Positions 46,091-61,500 of a stretch of DNA of 64,000 nt are shown in pieces (position 1 is the first letter of the stretch; each line of letters opens with the position of its first letter). The stretch is from the NCBI RefSeq assembly GCF_009914755.1, contig NC_060926.1, one strand, 5' to 3'. The notes beneath the pieces are model-generated. The model was not told the origin of the DNA and did no database searches. It saw nothing but the letters and a program-made list of their open reading frames with translations. Position numbers and translations under genes: made by a program. This DNA is from the human T2T-CHM13v2.0 reference genome, Homo sapiens.

Positions 46091-46847
46091 AGGGGTGCCT
46101 CACGTCTTTGCTGGCACACAGTAAGCACCCAACAATTATGTGATGAATGAATGACAAGGTTGGCAGTGTCTGGAAAAGGCAGAGACACAAAGAGCCCTGG
46201 CCTCACCCCCTGGCCACCCACAGCCTGGGGATGTTTGGGAATTGGGAGCTCCCAGCCTTCAGGGAAACTGCCTGGGAGATCTGCAGAGGCGGGTGTCAGT
46301 GCTGACACCTCACCCACTTGGGGCAGTGTAGGGGATGCCAGTCACTAGGGTCAGGGGCTCAAGGGATGGGACATGTTTCTTTCCAGCAGCCCCAACAGAA
46401 CTGTAGCTCCCTCAGGGCTCTCTGCCTGCAGCCCCAGGTCCCTCCAAAGCCCAGGGCAATGTGAAGGGCTGACGGTGCCCCATGGGAGTGGGAAGAGGAG
46501 GCACTGGGGCCTTCCCCCGCCACCCAGCTCTCACCAGCCATGCCTGAGGGTCAGAAAGGCTCTGACTTTCAAAGAGCATTCTCTGGGCTGTGGGGGTCAT
46601 GCCCCAGCTGACCAAACGTCTCTCCTCACGGGAGATGTCGTCAGAGACCACACACTCCAGCCCACAACCACCGGCAGGTGATGGGCATGGGAGAAGTGGA
46701 CAGGTGTGCCTTGCGTGGGGCATTAGGGGCCGTGGGGCCTGTGGCAAAGCCTGCTGTCGACAGGACAGTCACTGCACACTGTGGCCTGTGAGTGCCATAT
46801 GGGCCGAGATGGTCAGGCCTGAGCTTTTCAAGAGAAATACGAATTCC

Positions 46848-47140
46848 AGGCTGGGCACGGTGAATCACCCTTCTAATCCCAGCACTTTGGGAGGCCAAGG
46901 TGGGTGGATTACCTGAGGTCAGGAGTGCAAGACCAACCTGGCCAACAAGGTGAAACCCCGTCTCTACTAAAAATACAAAAATTAGCCGGCCATGGTGGTG
47001 TGTATCTGTAGTCCCAGCTACTCGGGAGGCTGAGGCAGGAGAATTGCTTGAACCCGGGAGGTGGAGGTTGCAAGAGCCAAGATTGCGCCACTGCACTCCA
47101 GCCTGGGTGACAGAGTCAGACTCCGTCAAAAATAAAGAAA
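46848..47140 (+). mobile_element. Alu (AluS)
   Basis: Dimeric Alu. Confidence 0.95.
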
Positions 47141-49619
47141 AGAAATCCATCCTTTTGGGTGGGATTTCCAAGTTGTAAAGTCTGATGTGGGCCAGGCTAA
47201 CTTAGGTACGGGCCAGCTTCAGCAGCAGGTTGGCAGCTCACAACCTTCTTCCTGATGCTCTGAGCCTCCAGAAGAAGGAATGCCCTGTTCCCTCCCCTCA
47301 AACCCTCTTCTCCCAGCTTCTCCAGGGCCAGTGAATGAAAGGAGCAGGTAGGAGTGCTTGGGGGTGCCCAGTCCCTGCCCACATACCTGTGCCCTGCCTC
47401 AGGGCTGTCCCCTGTTGGAGACACTGCACCTGCCCTGGGAGCCTCAGCCCAAAGAGGCTCAGGCAGGAAGTCTCCAGGCCACTGGGATCTGGGTGACCAG
47501 GCACATGGCCAAGAGCTGGAGATCGTCACACCCAGCTCAGCTGGGGGAAGCCCAGTGACCCATTCAATGAAGGTTTCCTCTGGGGACACAGCACTGGAGT
47601 TTGCAAGCTGCAGGCCCAGGAGGAGGAAAGGCCTGCTTCCGCCCAGCTCCGTCCCACCCCACCTCCACCCAGCCCCACCAGCCTTTCCTCATACGTGGGG
47701 TTAACACTACCCCACTTCTTGGCCGAAGAAACTGAGGCACAGAGGGCTGGTGTATTTGAAGGGAGTGGAGAGTGAGCATCCGAGGGAGTAGCTTCAAGGG
47801 GCTCCAATGGTGTGATTTGTTGGAAAAGTGGTGTTTTCTTAAAAATTGATATGTGTTTTGCATCTTCCTTCATAATATACACATGGCTACTTCAATATAA
47901 AAATGATGGTGCTTTTCTTCCTACAGTCTGGCAAACCTGATGCTCTCCAGGATGAGCCATGCTTGTCCTGCAGCATCTGGAACCTCTGGCACAACCCTGT
48001 GTACCCATACAGTCCACATCCACAAGAGAGAGAAGCCCGGGTGGGGGCCTGTCCCCTAGAGTCAGCTCATGACAAAGTGGACCTGAACCCAGGCCCCGCG
48101 CTTTCTTGGGGGGCATAATATGTATGAAGAGGGTTCTGTTACTGCTCGTGCCTCTCCTTAGGTGCCCCATTTCCACCTCATGGAAAACCAGAGGTGGGGG
48201 GAGGCTGCTCCTCCTTCCACAGGGCAGACACAGCTGTGGCTCAAAGCCGAGCCCCCGAGGGGCGATTGTCCGGCTCCAGATCTGGACATGGGCAAAGATG
48301 GACACAGCTTTTGTTTTCTCCTCCTTCTGCAACCTTCACTTTCTCTCCTTTTTCTGATGGAAACTTCTATCATAGCAGCGGCTTCTTCCAGCTCCTGAGA
48401 GGGGCAGGCGTGGGCAGCAAAGGGCTCCCAGCCCCAAGCATAGCCTGGGGTGTGACGAGGGCCTCAGGCGCCAGGCTAATGGCTAAGAGGTGGCAGTGAA
48501 AATCCAGGGGTCAGGCCTCTCTCTCCCATGGCCCCTGAAAGAGCAGGAGTCAGGGAGCAGAGGCCAAAGGGGTGGACAGCTAGAGAAAGGGAGGGGCGAG
48601 CTGCAGGACAGCTGCCCTTGGAGGGCAGGAGGCAGCTCCACTCAGCTTGAACTCAGAGGAGGAGCTTTAGAACCAGGGCAGAGGGAGGAACATAAATCTC
48701 TGGACCTCAGCAGCCCAGCGGAGCGAGTTGGGGTTGCTGGGTGGTTCTTGCACCTCTTCTGCAAAGCCTCCCCACTTTTCCCTTCTAATGGCTGATGGTA
48801 ATTTCAGAGACAAACAGCCCAGGATCGCTGATGGCATGGTAAATGCTTGCTTCCCGTCCCAACTCCCACCCTCTCAGGGTGGGGGACAGGTTTAGGGGGA
48901 AGTGTTATTCAAAAGAAAACCCAGGTTCTGGTGAGAATGCCTCCATTTCCAAGAAATGTGGGAAACATTTGGAGTTGTTTCAGTCCCCGATCAAATTTCT
49001 GTGCTCAGCATTCCCAGCCAGGCCCAGAACATTTTTGTTAGAGTCCCCTCTTCCCCTCTTTCCCCACTTTGCACACAGCCAGCTGCGCGGCTCAAGTTCC
49101 AGCCTGGGATGTGCAAGGCGGCGGCTCAGCCCTTTCTGCCAGTGGGAAAGGAGGAGTTTCATTCCAAGGCTTACGGCCAGTTACATTGACCACTTATTCC
49201 AAACTCCAGCCTTAAGGAAAACCAAATTCCCACGAGTCTCGCCTCTCCCCAACTCTCCACCCCTTGCCTACTCCTTGCCTACCTCCACCCTATCTTCTGG
49301 GTCACAGGTATATACATACATAGGTCTCCTGGCCTAGAGATTGCCAAACTGCAGCATAGTCACCAAGGAGGCCTGAGTCTCAGGAAGGGGCACGGAGAGA
49401 AACCTGCTCTACCTATCTGTGAACTTGATACCACAGTTCTGGACATGCACTGAGAAAAGATGGGTTTGTCCATCCAAAATGCAGTAAGCCATGAAGGAGT
49501 TCAGCATCTGATCCAGGTAGCCTCCGTGTCCGGCTGATGGGCTGAGGGAGGACACTAGAATGGCCAGGCTCCCGTGGCTGGATTCCAGCAAGCCTTTCAT
49601 AGCGTCCTCTGCCATGCAG

Positions 49620-50070
49620 GCCTGGAGGGTGAAGCAGTTCAGGTTGCAGGCTTTGTGACTCCTCAGGCGCTGGGCCTTGAGGCCTGCCTGTGGTGGTGTG
49701 GCGAGAGCTTCTTACACAGCTTTGGTCCTGGCCCCTTCGACATGTTTATCAGGAACTTGGGTGGATATGTGGCTGGTAGAATTTGCAGACCATCCAAGCT
49801 GAGAAGAGTGGGAAATGCACTGAATAATAAAATTGGGATCCAAAAAGATTTGGTCAGGCTGGGTGGATAGGCCACATTTAAAGAGATGAGTCTGAAGGGG
49901 ATTCAGTGTAAGGATCTGCTTGTGGAATCCAAGAAATCCACAGCATCAGCACAGGTTAAAAGAAAAAAAAAATGAAAGATTTTAGATATTCAGATGAGTG
50001 CCATTTAACTGTGAAATGTGTCCGCGCTAAACAGTGGTGTGATCTTCAGGTGCATTAAGGGAAGTCCTGT
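49620..50070 (+). mobile_element. CR1/L3 LINE relic (reverse transcriptase C-terminal region)
   Basis: tttgcagacatccaagctg resembles FADDTKL; ORF 49574-49870 ends IQKDLVRL, like the CR1 IQKDLDRL motif. Confidence 0.65.
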
Positions 50071-50109
50071 TTCGTGCCCATTTCTTGTGAGTCCTCTGAC
50101 AACGCACGT

Positions 50110-50550
<441 letters not shown>

Positions 50551-50899
50551 ACAACACTTGCAGCTCTTTCTGTCATGCTGGACCCTCTTGCCAGGATTAT
50601 CCTCCCTCTTGGCAAAGTAAGAGGGTGCCTGCCCAAAAAAGCTTCTCTCTCTGTTAAAAATTCCACTGGTGAAGCTTTGCTCCTTGGGTTAGGAGCTTGC
50701 CCCTACAAGTGGTCTTGTCAGCAAAGATGTTAGAGGATAAAGACAGCTGGCTGATGGCCAAATTGTGTCTGGGGCCCCTGGGTGGAGACACAGGCTGAAC
50801 TTCCCAGACAAGAAAAAGGCTTAATCATATTGCCCAAGGGCCATGATCTAGCTCAGCCTGAAGCCAGGGAGAGGCTGAGAAATAAGCCATTTGTTCTTT

Positions 50900-51100
50900 G
50901 CTGGCGTGGGAAGAGCTCGGGTTTTGGAGAAGCAGCGTGGACATTGGACTGTGACCCTGAACGTTGCCTTCAACTTCTCTGAGGCTCAGCCTCCTCCTCT
51001 GAGATACGTTCCTCACGCAGCTGTTGTGAGTAGATGAAATAATGTATGTAAAGCTCCACAAGGCTTCGGCATACAGGAGAGGCTCAATGCTGCTTGTTGA
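50900..51100 (+). mobile_element. MIR fragments
   Basis: ctgtgaccctgaacgttgccttcaacttctctgaggctcag...gttgtgagtagatgaaataatgtatgtaaagc. Confidence 0.65.
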
Positions 51101-51569
51101 ATGCATGAACAGGTAAGTACATAGTGAAATGGACAGATGGAAGAATGGACAGATGGATGGATGGACAGACAACCTCTGTGGACTCCTCTTCCTTACTTGC
51201 AGAAAATCAGCCTGTGCCTCTGAATTGATTATCCCCACAATCCTCCACCCCAGCCCCCCAGTGTAGTACCCTGACATCTCACAGATGTCTCGCTTTGGGG
51301 TCCAAGTCGTGCCTCCTAGGAAAAGCCCCTCTCCTTTCCCCATCCCTCTCCCCTTAGTGCCCTTTTCCAAGCCCCTATCTAACTCCAGGGCACTCCTGTC
51401 TGGCATTAGGTCTCAAATTCAGAGCAGGGGCATATCTCAAGGCACAACCTTGACTGGTTCCCCCCAGGTCCACCTACAGTTGCTACTGACTCCAGCTCCG
51501 TTCACCTTTCTGACCAGCTTGCAGGAGCAGCCCCATCTTCAGGCTGGCTAGGACTTGTGGAGGAAAATC

Positions 51570-51935
51570 AGCTGAGGGAGGCACAGATCCTGCCCTCTTG
51601 GAACTTGGAGTCCAGGAGGAAAAGGAGGACACTGTTAAAAGGCGGTCACCACTGAATGTGAGAAAGCATTCCTAGCTGGCAGAATTAGGGAAGACTGCAT
51701 GAAGGGGGCCACATTTGGATCTTCAAGACCTGATCCATTTGGGCATGCAGAGTTGGGGAAAAGCATTCCAAGAAGGAATAGCCTAAGCAAAGGCAGAGAG
51801 GGCCAAGTAGAAGATGGTTGTGTCTGGCAGGAGCATGGGTGAGGGGAGGTGGACCAGGAGAGCCCAGATCCATTTGGGAAAGCCATTGTCCAAGACCATG
51901 AATGCCGAACTGAGGCATTAACTTGACTCCTTGAA
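51570..51935 (-). mobile_element. L2 fragment
   Basis: cctgccctcttggaactt, ggaaaagcattccaagaaggaatagc, gggaaagccattg antisense L2 motifs. Confidence 0.55.
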
Positions 51936-52724
51936 TGTCAATCCAAGCAGAAGCAGGGGCTGTAGTCTGCCTGTGGCCTCTATCCCTCTCCCCTAGGGGA
52001 TCTAGTCACAACCTCTCTCTGTACCCTGCTACTGTTCTCCCAGCAGGCATCCCTGAGCTCTGGCCTGGGTGCCCAGGGAAAGGGTCATTCACTGAGCCTT
52101 CCATGATTCATGGCAGCTCAGTGGGCCATCTTTTCTGGGGCCATCTGCATTTACAAAGCAGCACAGACTCTGTCCATCACTGGTTCCAAGGAGTGAATGG
52201 AGGAAGTTCAGGCCTTACACAGGCTGTTGGGGGTATAAGGCCCGAACTTACTCCTGAGTGTTGTCTGCTGATACCTGTGTAAGGGTGAGGGGCTACTCAG
52301 CCCCAGACACATGCTGTCAGTCCTTTGGTTGTAGGCCACCCTCTCTTCCTCCTCTACTCCCTACAGCCTGCAAGTGGCAGGTCTGGCCTCTGCACTTTCC
52401 CCAGCTAATCCAAGCCACACAGAGTGCAGCCAGCCCGCCAGCGAGTCTTGTTTCACTGGAATGTTGGCATCAAACTTGAGATCGGAAATGAACTCATTAT
52501 CTGATTATTTTTATTTATGAAAATATAACTGCTCTGGGAGAGGCCTTTCTAAGTGGATGAGTAATTCTCTCCCCTTCACACACACATGCTCAGACTCATA
52601 TGTTTAGACACACACATACTCAGAAACTCAGATATTCAGACCTCTCTTCAGACACACACACAGGCAGCCACATGTTCCTTTATGTACACACGCATCACAT
52701 GGAGATGTGTGCTCTGGGTCTAAT

Positions 52725-52835
52725 AACACCTTTGAGGACAGGGACCTTGCCTCTTTTATTTACTGTGGAATCTCCCATGGCACATAATAGGCAACAGTAA
52801 ATATTTGCAGAATGATTGAATGAATGAATGAATGT
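52725..52835 (+). mobile_element. L2 3' end
   Basis: tttgaggacagggacc...ggcacataataggcaacagtaaatatttgcagaatgattgaatgaatgaatgaat. Confidence 0.75.
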
Positions 52836-53755
52836 CTAAGTCATAGATGCATGCACCCACACACACATTATTACTCAGACATACACACTTACATGCATAC
52901 ATATATATCTGGGCTCTCTCCCTCTCTGGAATAAAGTCAGTGAATCGCTAATTCTGCAGCCTGAAGTCTTCACACCATGAACTGCATCATGAAGGTACCA
53001 TCCAGGACCTTCCAGTGGAGATGCCCGTTGGCAGTTCCCAGGAGGCCAAAGCAGCATTCCCCCTGACCCACTAAGGCCTCACCAGATGCTCACAGCCATC
53101 CCAGGCCTTGCCAACCTGAGACCAAATGTGTTGGTATGGCCAAGAAAGCCTGAGAGGGTTACTAAAGGCAAATTGTTTTCCAGGAATGTTCTCTGTGTGC
53201 TGCCCCCACTCATCCATGGCTGGCTCACTGGAAGGTCCTGGCATGGGGTCTTGGATGATACCAGCCCCCAGGCTCTGTCTCTCTCTCTCTCTCCTCCAGC
53301 TCACAGCCATGACTCAGGCTATTCAAGGCCTGCAAATGTCTCCCTGGGAGGGGACTGGGCCAGAGGCATGGCTGGTGGCCAGGCAGGGGTGAAGATCCCA
53401 AGAAAGAACTGCCTGGAGGCTGATCTCAGGGCAGAGCACCCAGCAGGTCCATAATGCTGAGCCCTGACTATCTCTACATTCCTCCCCACAGAGAGGGCAG
53501 TCTTTGTGTGGTCAGAAGAACTCTGGGCTAGAGGAAGACTCACCTGAGTTGACATCCCTGCTGGCCACATACTGGCCATGTGGCTTTGGACAGGTCACTA
53601 ACCTGGAGCTTCAGTTGCCTCCAGCACCTTGTGCAATTGCATCCTTCCTGCCTTGCTGCCCCAGGCCCCATGCTTTCCTGACCTTCCTACCAGGCCTTGA
53701 AGAAGAGCCCGCAACTCCCTCCGTAGCATTTCAGGCCTCTTCAAGTGGCTCTTTA

Positions 53756-54070
<315 letters not shown>

Positions 54071-54255
54071 TAAAGGCATGAGCCCTCTAGGATGGGTCTT
54101 TCCATTCCTTATAGCCAACAGTATGAAAGAGCACCTGACCTTCCCAAGAAGCTGCACCTGGAACGGGGAGGGCACTGGGAGGTGGGGACAACTATTTCAT
54201 TAACACTATTATGTCCCAAAGCCTGGCCAGTGAGAAGGACGGACTTGACCTCTTA

Positions 54256-54575
<320 letters not shown>

Positions 54576-54589
54576 ACCTCAAGCCTCCC

Positions 54590-55095
54590 AGGAATTCCAC
54601 TCCTACTTGTCCACCCAAGAGAAATGAATGCATGTGTGCATGACTAGGTATGCACATGAATGCTTTATTCATAGTACCTCAAACTAGAACACCCAAATAT
54701 CCATCAGCAGGGGAGCTAAACAAATCGTGGCATACTCATATAATGGAACACTACACAGTGATTAGAACACAACAACAAAAAGCATCTGCTACACACAACT
54801 GCATGGGTGAATCTCCCACGCATTATATTGAGTAAAATAAGCTGGACATAGACAGACTGTTTGATACCATTTGTATGAAGGTCAAGAACAGGTTAAATGA
54901 ATCTAGGATGTCAGAAGTCAGACTAGCAGTCACCACTAGGGATGGTATTGACTGGAGAGGGGCACAAGGGAACCAGCTTTGGAGCTAGAAGTGTTTCAAA
55001 TCTTGATCTGGTGTTTCCATGGGTCTAGACACACATGTGGCTATCCATCGAGCTGTACACTTCTGCTTTGTTAATGCTATTGTATGTAAGTTACC
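54590..55095 (+). mobile_element. Old L1 (L1ME-like) 3' end
   Basis: aattccactcct, gctttattcatag, cccaaatatccatcagcagg, catgggtgaatctc, agaagtcagactag. Confidence 0.75.
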
Positions 55096-57275
55096 ATGAG
55101 GAGGGACCAAGTCACAAAGGATCTAATCCATGCAGAAAGGCAGAAAGGAGGATAGCTAAAAGGAACTTGCAGGGTTTGGGGCAGGAGGGCCAGGGAACAA
55201 GAATAGAGTGGAGCTAATAGTGGAAGAGAAAGCTTAGAGCATTCTCCCCAGAGACACTGAGCACCCACCTAAGGAGGGGCTGTTGGGAAGGATGAGGCAG
55301 GGACTAGACCTCCAGCAGACTCCATACATTGCCAGATCAGGTCAGGCTGCCCATCAGTGGGTTTCCTACACAGAGCTGGTGCCTCGAGACTGGAACCCAA
55401 GGTGGAAGCAGATCTCAGTTGTGTACTATCTACCCCTCATTCCTTCTTCCCTGCCCACAGCTGTAGGACCAAGAAGAGGCTGAGCCCCAAGTCCCTTTTA
55501 ACTCTAGTTAATAGGCAAACTCAATCTGCCCAAATGTGCTTAAATAAAAAGTGTAAAGGAGAGGGCCTTGCTTTATCCCCAACTAGACTCCTGGATAGAG
55601 ACTCTCGTAAGAGAATATTCTGGAAACCTGCAGGCTGGCTCACTACTCTCTGAGCCTCTTGACGATGGTCTGTGGGCCCATGGGTGCAAGAACGCATGTC
55701 CAGGTGTGTGTCTGCCTGTGAGTACTGTGTTTTCCTATAATGGGGTCCTCAGAGTTATGGCCACATCCCCCAGCCCCTCCTCACTCTGCTCTTTTGCCTC
55801 TATTTAGAACCCCTGCCCCTCCTCCCTGGATACCCCTGGTCTTCCAACTGCCCCTGACCCTCCTGCCTCGGCAGTGGAGTCTGATGACCTTTTCCCAATG
55901 ATGTGGAGAGGCCAAGCCCCCATCCATCTCCGGACTTTTTTAAAGGAAACCAGGGAAGGCAAAATGTAACCTTAAGTCTTGCTTTCAAGCGCCATGTCGG
56001 CAACTCAGAATTTCACCATGCTGTGGGTCTTGCAGGCTGACTGTGAACACCTGGTGGCATTCTGAGGGCATTCTTAAGGGCACAGCACCCACTCCCAGCC
56101 CTGAAGCTCCTAAGGAGGGGCAGTCCCAGCATCTCTATGAAGGACCAGATGAGGCCAGTGAGGAGAAGCTGCCAAGCCACAGGCAGCTCTGGCCACATGG
56201 ACCACATCTGCCTCTCTGGAATGACGGAGGGCACTGGGGCTCCCTTCCCCAGGCCTAGCCTTGTCCCTCTCTCCTCCCCTGGGTGGCCTCTGCTCCAGCC
56301 AGGCCCATTTCCTTACATGCCCTCAACAAGCCATTGTCAGACCTTCCCCATCGGTCCCCACCCAGCAGCAGACGTGCATTGCACATTCACTGCGGTGCCA
56401 TGTGAATCAGGTTCCCATGAATAGGTGCCCTCACTGCACTCGCTCCACAGGTGAGGAAACCTTGGTGGAGAAATCGAGCAGCTTCCCTGAAGTCACACCG
56501 CTGACAATCAATGGAGTCAGCATTCAAAAGACCCAGCTGATCAAACGGGATGCAATCAAGAAGCCAGCCAAAACCTGAGAGTGGGACTCCAGAGCTGGCC
56601 TCACCAACCCCTGATGGTCTGTTAACTCCTGCCCTGGAGCCGAGCATGTCCTTTGGTGGGAAACTATGGAGTGTGGTGGCCAAAGGCACTGGCCAAAGAG
56701 CCTAGCTGCCTGGGTTCCTCTTCCAGTTCCTCTTCCTGTGTGGATGCTTGAGTGCGTTACCCAGCCTTCTGTGCCTCAGTTCCCTCCTCTGTTTCACATG
56801 AAGGTGCATGGATGGGACTAGGTGGGACAGGCACTCCCACCCACTCAGAGCTCCCAAGTCCAACTACCTCACGGAAGGCCGCCTTTGTCCTTGGCCCCAC
56901 ACTGGGTCCAGTCTGTCGCAGTGGAGTGCAGGCCTGTGGTACAATGCAAGGCGACCACATGTAGTTCCTGCACCAGAGAGAGCCATGGGATGGGGGGCTG
57001 AGTTAAAAACTCATAGACCCCTCATCAACACAGTGGCCAGCACATGTGCAGCCCTGTGCCAGGGACCCTGGAGCTTACCACCCATGCTCCTCCAGCCCAT
57101 CTGGAGCTCCTGCCCCCAACCCCAGCACCCTATTTATCTATAGCTACTGCACCCTGGAATGCACCCTAATACATTTTCCTGGATCTCACCTGTGAATTTC
57201 CCCAGTTAGGCTGTGAGTACCCTAAAAGCAAGGACTCTAGTTTCCTCATCCTCCATCTTTGATAAAGGCTGGTCT

Positions 57276-57581
57276 GGCCGGGCATGGTGGCTCACGCCTG
57301 TAATCCCAGCACTTTGGGGGCCGAGGCAGGCAGATCACGAGGTCAGGAGATCGAGACCATCCTGGCCAACACGGTGAAACCCCGTCTCTACCAAAAAAAA
57401 AAATACAAAAAATTAGCCGGGCCTGGTGGCAGGAGCCTGTAGTCCCAGCTACTCAGGAGGCTGAGGCAGGAAATGGCGTGAACCTAGGAGGCGGAGCTTG
57501 CAGTGAGCTGAGATTGTGCCACTGCACTCCAGCCTGGGTGACACAGCGAGACTCCATCTCAACAACAACAACAACAAAAAA
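57276..57581 (+). mobile_element. AluY
   Basis: gatcacgaggtcaggagatcgagaccatcctgg, atggcgtgaacc, ggagcttgcagtgag; (CAA)n tail; aaaggctg on both flanks. Confidence 0.9.
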
Positions 57582-58329
57582 GGCTGCTCCAGACATCAGG
57601 CCCTCAAAACACACTTGAAATGGATGGAATTGGGTTTGGGGGCTTAGCTACTATAACTTTGGAGTGGTACGTTAAATATTCATTCTTACTAGAGGTGGAA
57701 AAAGGAACAGTATGGAGGGACTGGATGTGGACTTGGATGCAAATGTATGCAAACCACTGTGCAATGATATGCAGATGTGCATCCTGGATCTGTGGGAAGG
57801 AGTTCTATGACTTCAGAACCCTGGTTCTGGCGGGCTTTGCTCTCTGAGGGGCTCTGCCCCTGCTGGGGATCTTGCCATCTCGCATGGCAATGCTGACAGC
57901 TGGCTGCCGTGCGGCATTCTGGCGCCAGTGGAAACCATTTGGGGATCCATGTCATCTTCTGATCCTCGGTGAAGCAGCTCCCACCCACCAGGGCAGATGA
58001 GCCAACAGGAGGCTATAAAGACAGAGGCCTGCATGAGGAAAGGCTGGCGTGTAGCCAGAGCTGGAGGCTCCTGGGTTCCAGGGACACAGCTCTGGGGGAG
58101 CACGGAGCGTGGGACCAGGGAGGAAAGATCACACTTGGTCTCATTTCCAGCTCTCTGCTGTGGCCACCACTGGGGAGCCCATGGCTGCCTGACACTCCTC
58201 ACCACCACTCCCAGCCCTAGGCCGTGCTGCCCACCAGCCGTCAGCCAGTGCCCTGCATGGCAGGCAGGCCATGGTATCTGGGAGAGCTAAGGGCTTCCTA
58301 GCACTGTAGCCACCATGTATGGGGCACCC

Positions 58330-58520
58330 TCTCTGGCCAGGCACCGTGACCAAGCACTTTAACCATATTATATCACTTAATCTTTGACAGCCCCACCAGG
58401 TAGGCAGTACTCTTACGATCCTTATTTTATGGATGAAGAAACAGAGGCCAGGGTCATCCAACCTGCAAATGGTTGAGCCGGGATTCAAACCCAAAACTGT
58501 TAGACTCCAAAAGTGGCCCT
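58330..58520 (-). mobile_element. MIR
   Basis: ccaggcaccgtgaccaagcactt...tattttatggatgaagaaacagaggcc...gagccgggattcaaaccc. Confidence 0.75.
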
Positions 58521-61500
58521 CTCAACTGCCACTTCCTGCCTCCTCTCCCACACCACAATGGCCACTGTGTACCCGGTTCCCATGAGGGACATTTGGGGAG
58601 GGGGACAAGTCCAGGGTTGAGAGGGGGAAAGTTCCAGTGTAGTGCTTGGGGTTCCCCGCCCCATGCAAGGTAAGGTAAGCTGGCAGCCACCTAATTGAAA
58701 CACACACCCCCACCACACCCCCGCCACACCCCCCTGCCTCACCTAGAATGTCCCCCACTCAACTACTGCAGCACCTGGAGTCCTGCCATTAGAACCTCAT
58801 GCTTGTTTTAGAGAATGCTTTTTCTGTGGGACAAGAGCTGTTGTCTTTAGTCTCCTATTTTAAAAGACAAATCCTCTTGGAAGGCAGGAGAGGCTGAGGT
58901 CAGCAGGGAGGTCCTAGAGAAATGTATGCAAAAGCCAGGAGGGCCCAGAAGGCAAATTCTGTGATCAAATTCAGTGATGTTATGGCCCTGGGATGAGGAT
59001 GACAGTGAGGGTGACCCTTGGCACCCTACCTAGGGCACCTGGTACTCTTTCCCACCAGTTGCACATCATATTCCACACCCAGCAGACCCTCAATCAATGG
59101 CATTCTAATTAGTCATAGCAGGAGGGTAACCCTAAGAGATGTAGCAGAACTGCAATTTTCACCCCACTTTAGAGTCCAGGAAACTGAGGCCTAGAGAGGC
59201 TGTGAGTAGCTCCAACTTGACAGTGGGTCAGAGAAGAACCAGATCAGTACTCAGGAGTCCAGAGTTGGTGGTTGGAGGGGGTGGCGTGCAATGAGAGGCT
59301 GGTGGGTGGGGTCATGCATGGCAATGCAACCCTGGAGGCCCCATCTCCTTCAGAGAAGTCAAGGTGGTGAGGTCAAGGGGAAGGGGAAGGAGGACAGGAG
59401 CAGAGAGGTGATGTGAGGGAAGCAGGGTGGGCTGGCAGGGGCCGAGAACCCCAGTGCCTGGGAATCTTCAGGGGCTCTGCGAGGCGGCCCAAGGCCGGGG
59501 TTCCCACAGCGGCAGGTGGTCACCAAGCGGGCCAGGCCGGACAGGGCTGGCACCGACTCTAGCAGGGGTGGAGGTGCCAGCTCTCACCCGCCAGCCGGCC
59601 TGCCAGCTGGGGAAGCTTCATTAGAATTCCTCAGCCCTCCAACCCATTTCCTTCCTGGTGAACAGGACAGCTAATGGCCCCAGTTGCCTGCTGCCAGGGT
59701 GAGGTGGGTCGGGCTGGCAGCTTCAGGCCAGGCTGGGGGTAGCGGTGACCTCTAACAACCCAGGAAGCATGCCTCTCCCCTGCCCTGGGGGAGGGAGCAG
59801 CCCACAGTGTGACCCGAAATTTCCCCAAGTTAAAGACCATCTGCCTGTCTGTCTATCCATCCCCCCAGGGCCCAGGGGGCTGGTGAGTGTGGACAGACAG
59901 ACACAGGCTGTGGGAAGCTGCAGTGATTAATGAGTGATGAAAACCAGACTTCGTCAGGATGGGGGTGGGGACATAGAAGCAGAGAGAGGTTGTCTGTTTT
60001 ATGCTTGGCTCAGCTCTAAGCCCACAGCTCAGGGGAGGAGGGTGGAGGCAGCTGAGGGCAGTACTGGGCCCTGGCCTCAAAATCCCAGTCCGAGCATAGG
60101 GCCCCAGTTCATAGACACCCCCCTCATCCCCCAGTACCTCCTTCAGCCTCTGCCCTGGAAGGTTTCCCTAAGAGGAACTAGCTTTACTCCCAAATCCCAG
60201 GGACTTGCACTGGCCCTCAAATACCATCCATCCCAGAACACCCCAGAAGCCATGGGGAACAGCAGGGAAAACAGCCTCACCAACCCTCCAATCTTCTTGT
60301 CATGGGGCCAACGATTCTGGGGCCCAGAGCCTGAAGGTCCTCTCACCCTTCACCCCGACAAACACATGACCACTCCCACATTCCCAAACTCTGCCCCCAG
60401 GACCTGCTGAAGTCAAGCAGATTTTTCTCAAATGTCAAGGACAGCAAAAGCTACTTCTAAGAGGATTCAGCTCAAACCTCCAAACCTGCAAATAGACAGT
60501 CAGGATAAACCCAAGCAGGAGAGAGGCTTGCACAACCACTGCTTTTGGTCCCCACCCGACAGACACCTTGAGGGACCTTGGCAACATCCTCCTCCCCTGC
60601 CCGAAAATATTCCCACACTGGCCCATCTGCTCCAGGGCCTTGGATTCCACCATTCAACCCTGACCTCCCTTTGCAATACTGAACTCGAAGACTCTTGCCG
60701 AGGTTTCAAGTGTGTCCCCGCTCCCAGGGCCTGGGATCTGGCCAGGGAGGGCTGGAAAGAAGGAAATGCGCCACAGATGGAGGAAGTAGCTTCGGCAAGG
60801 TGAAGCACAAAGGCAAACTTTGCTGACAGAAGACTCTTGCTGCTGGCCAACCAGGCCTGCCTGTCATGAGAATCAAAATTGTTTTCTTTTGTCGAAAAAA
60901 TATTTCCAAGGTAGTTCTTGTGTTGTGCTCAGGCACGTGGGTAAGGAAGCAATAGTGAGTGCTTCCTTCTTGCCTGCCAGGGACCTTGTGCATATCTGTT
61001 GGCTCATTGCATCTTAGAAACTCCTGAAGAAACTGAGGCTTGGGGAGGTTGCCTGCCCCCACGCACCCCTCAGGGACTAAGTGACAGAGCTGAGATCCCC
61101 AGTCGGCCAGACACAAAGCCCTCCTACTTTCTGAAGCCCCACCCTGCTGGGGAGGGAGAACTGGACGCCATCTGGGAAGAATTAAGGAGGTTTTTAGAAA
61201 AGGCCTCTGCAGGAATGAGAAAACCTTCATTAGGGCTTTTTAATCAATAAAGCAGGAACAAAACCTCCCTCCCTGCAAACATTTCTGGACTCCTAGGAGA
61301 TGCCCAACTGTGCCCAACAAATGATTCAGAAAACGAGTATAAAATTCAAAAAATCCCCATCCCGACAAGTCAGAGAATGCTTTTTACTGGATGTGGGGGA
61401 GGGGAAGCCGAACCTCATGGCTCCTTGGATCTCAGTTCCTGTCTCTTGCCTTAACAGAGCCCAGACTTGTCATCTGAGAGGAAGGGGGAGGCTGAGGTCA

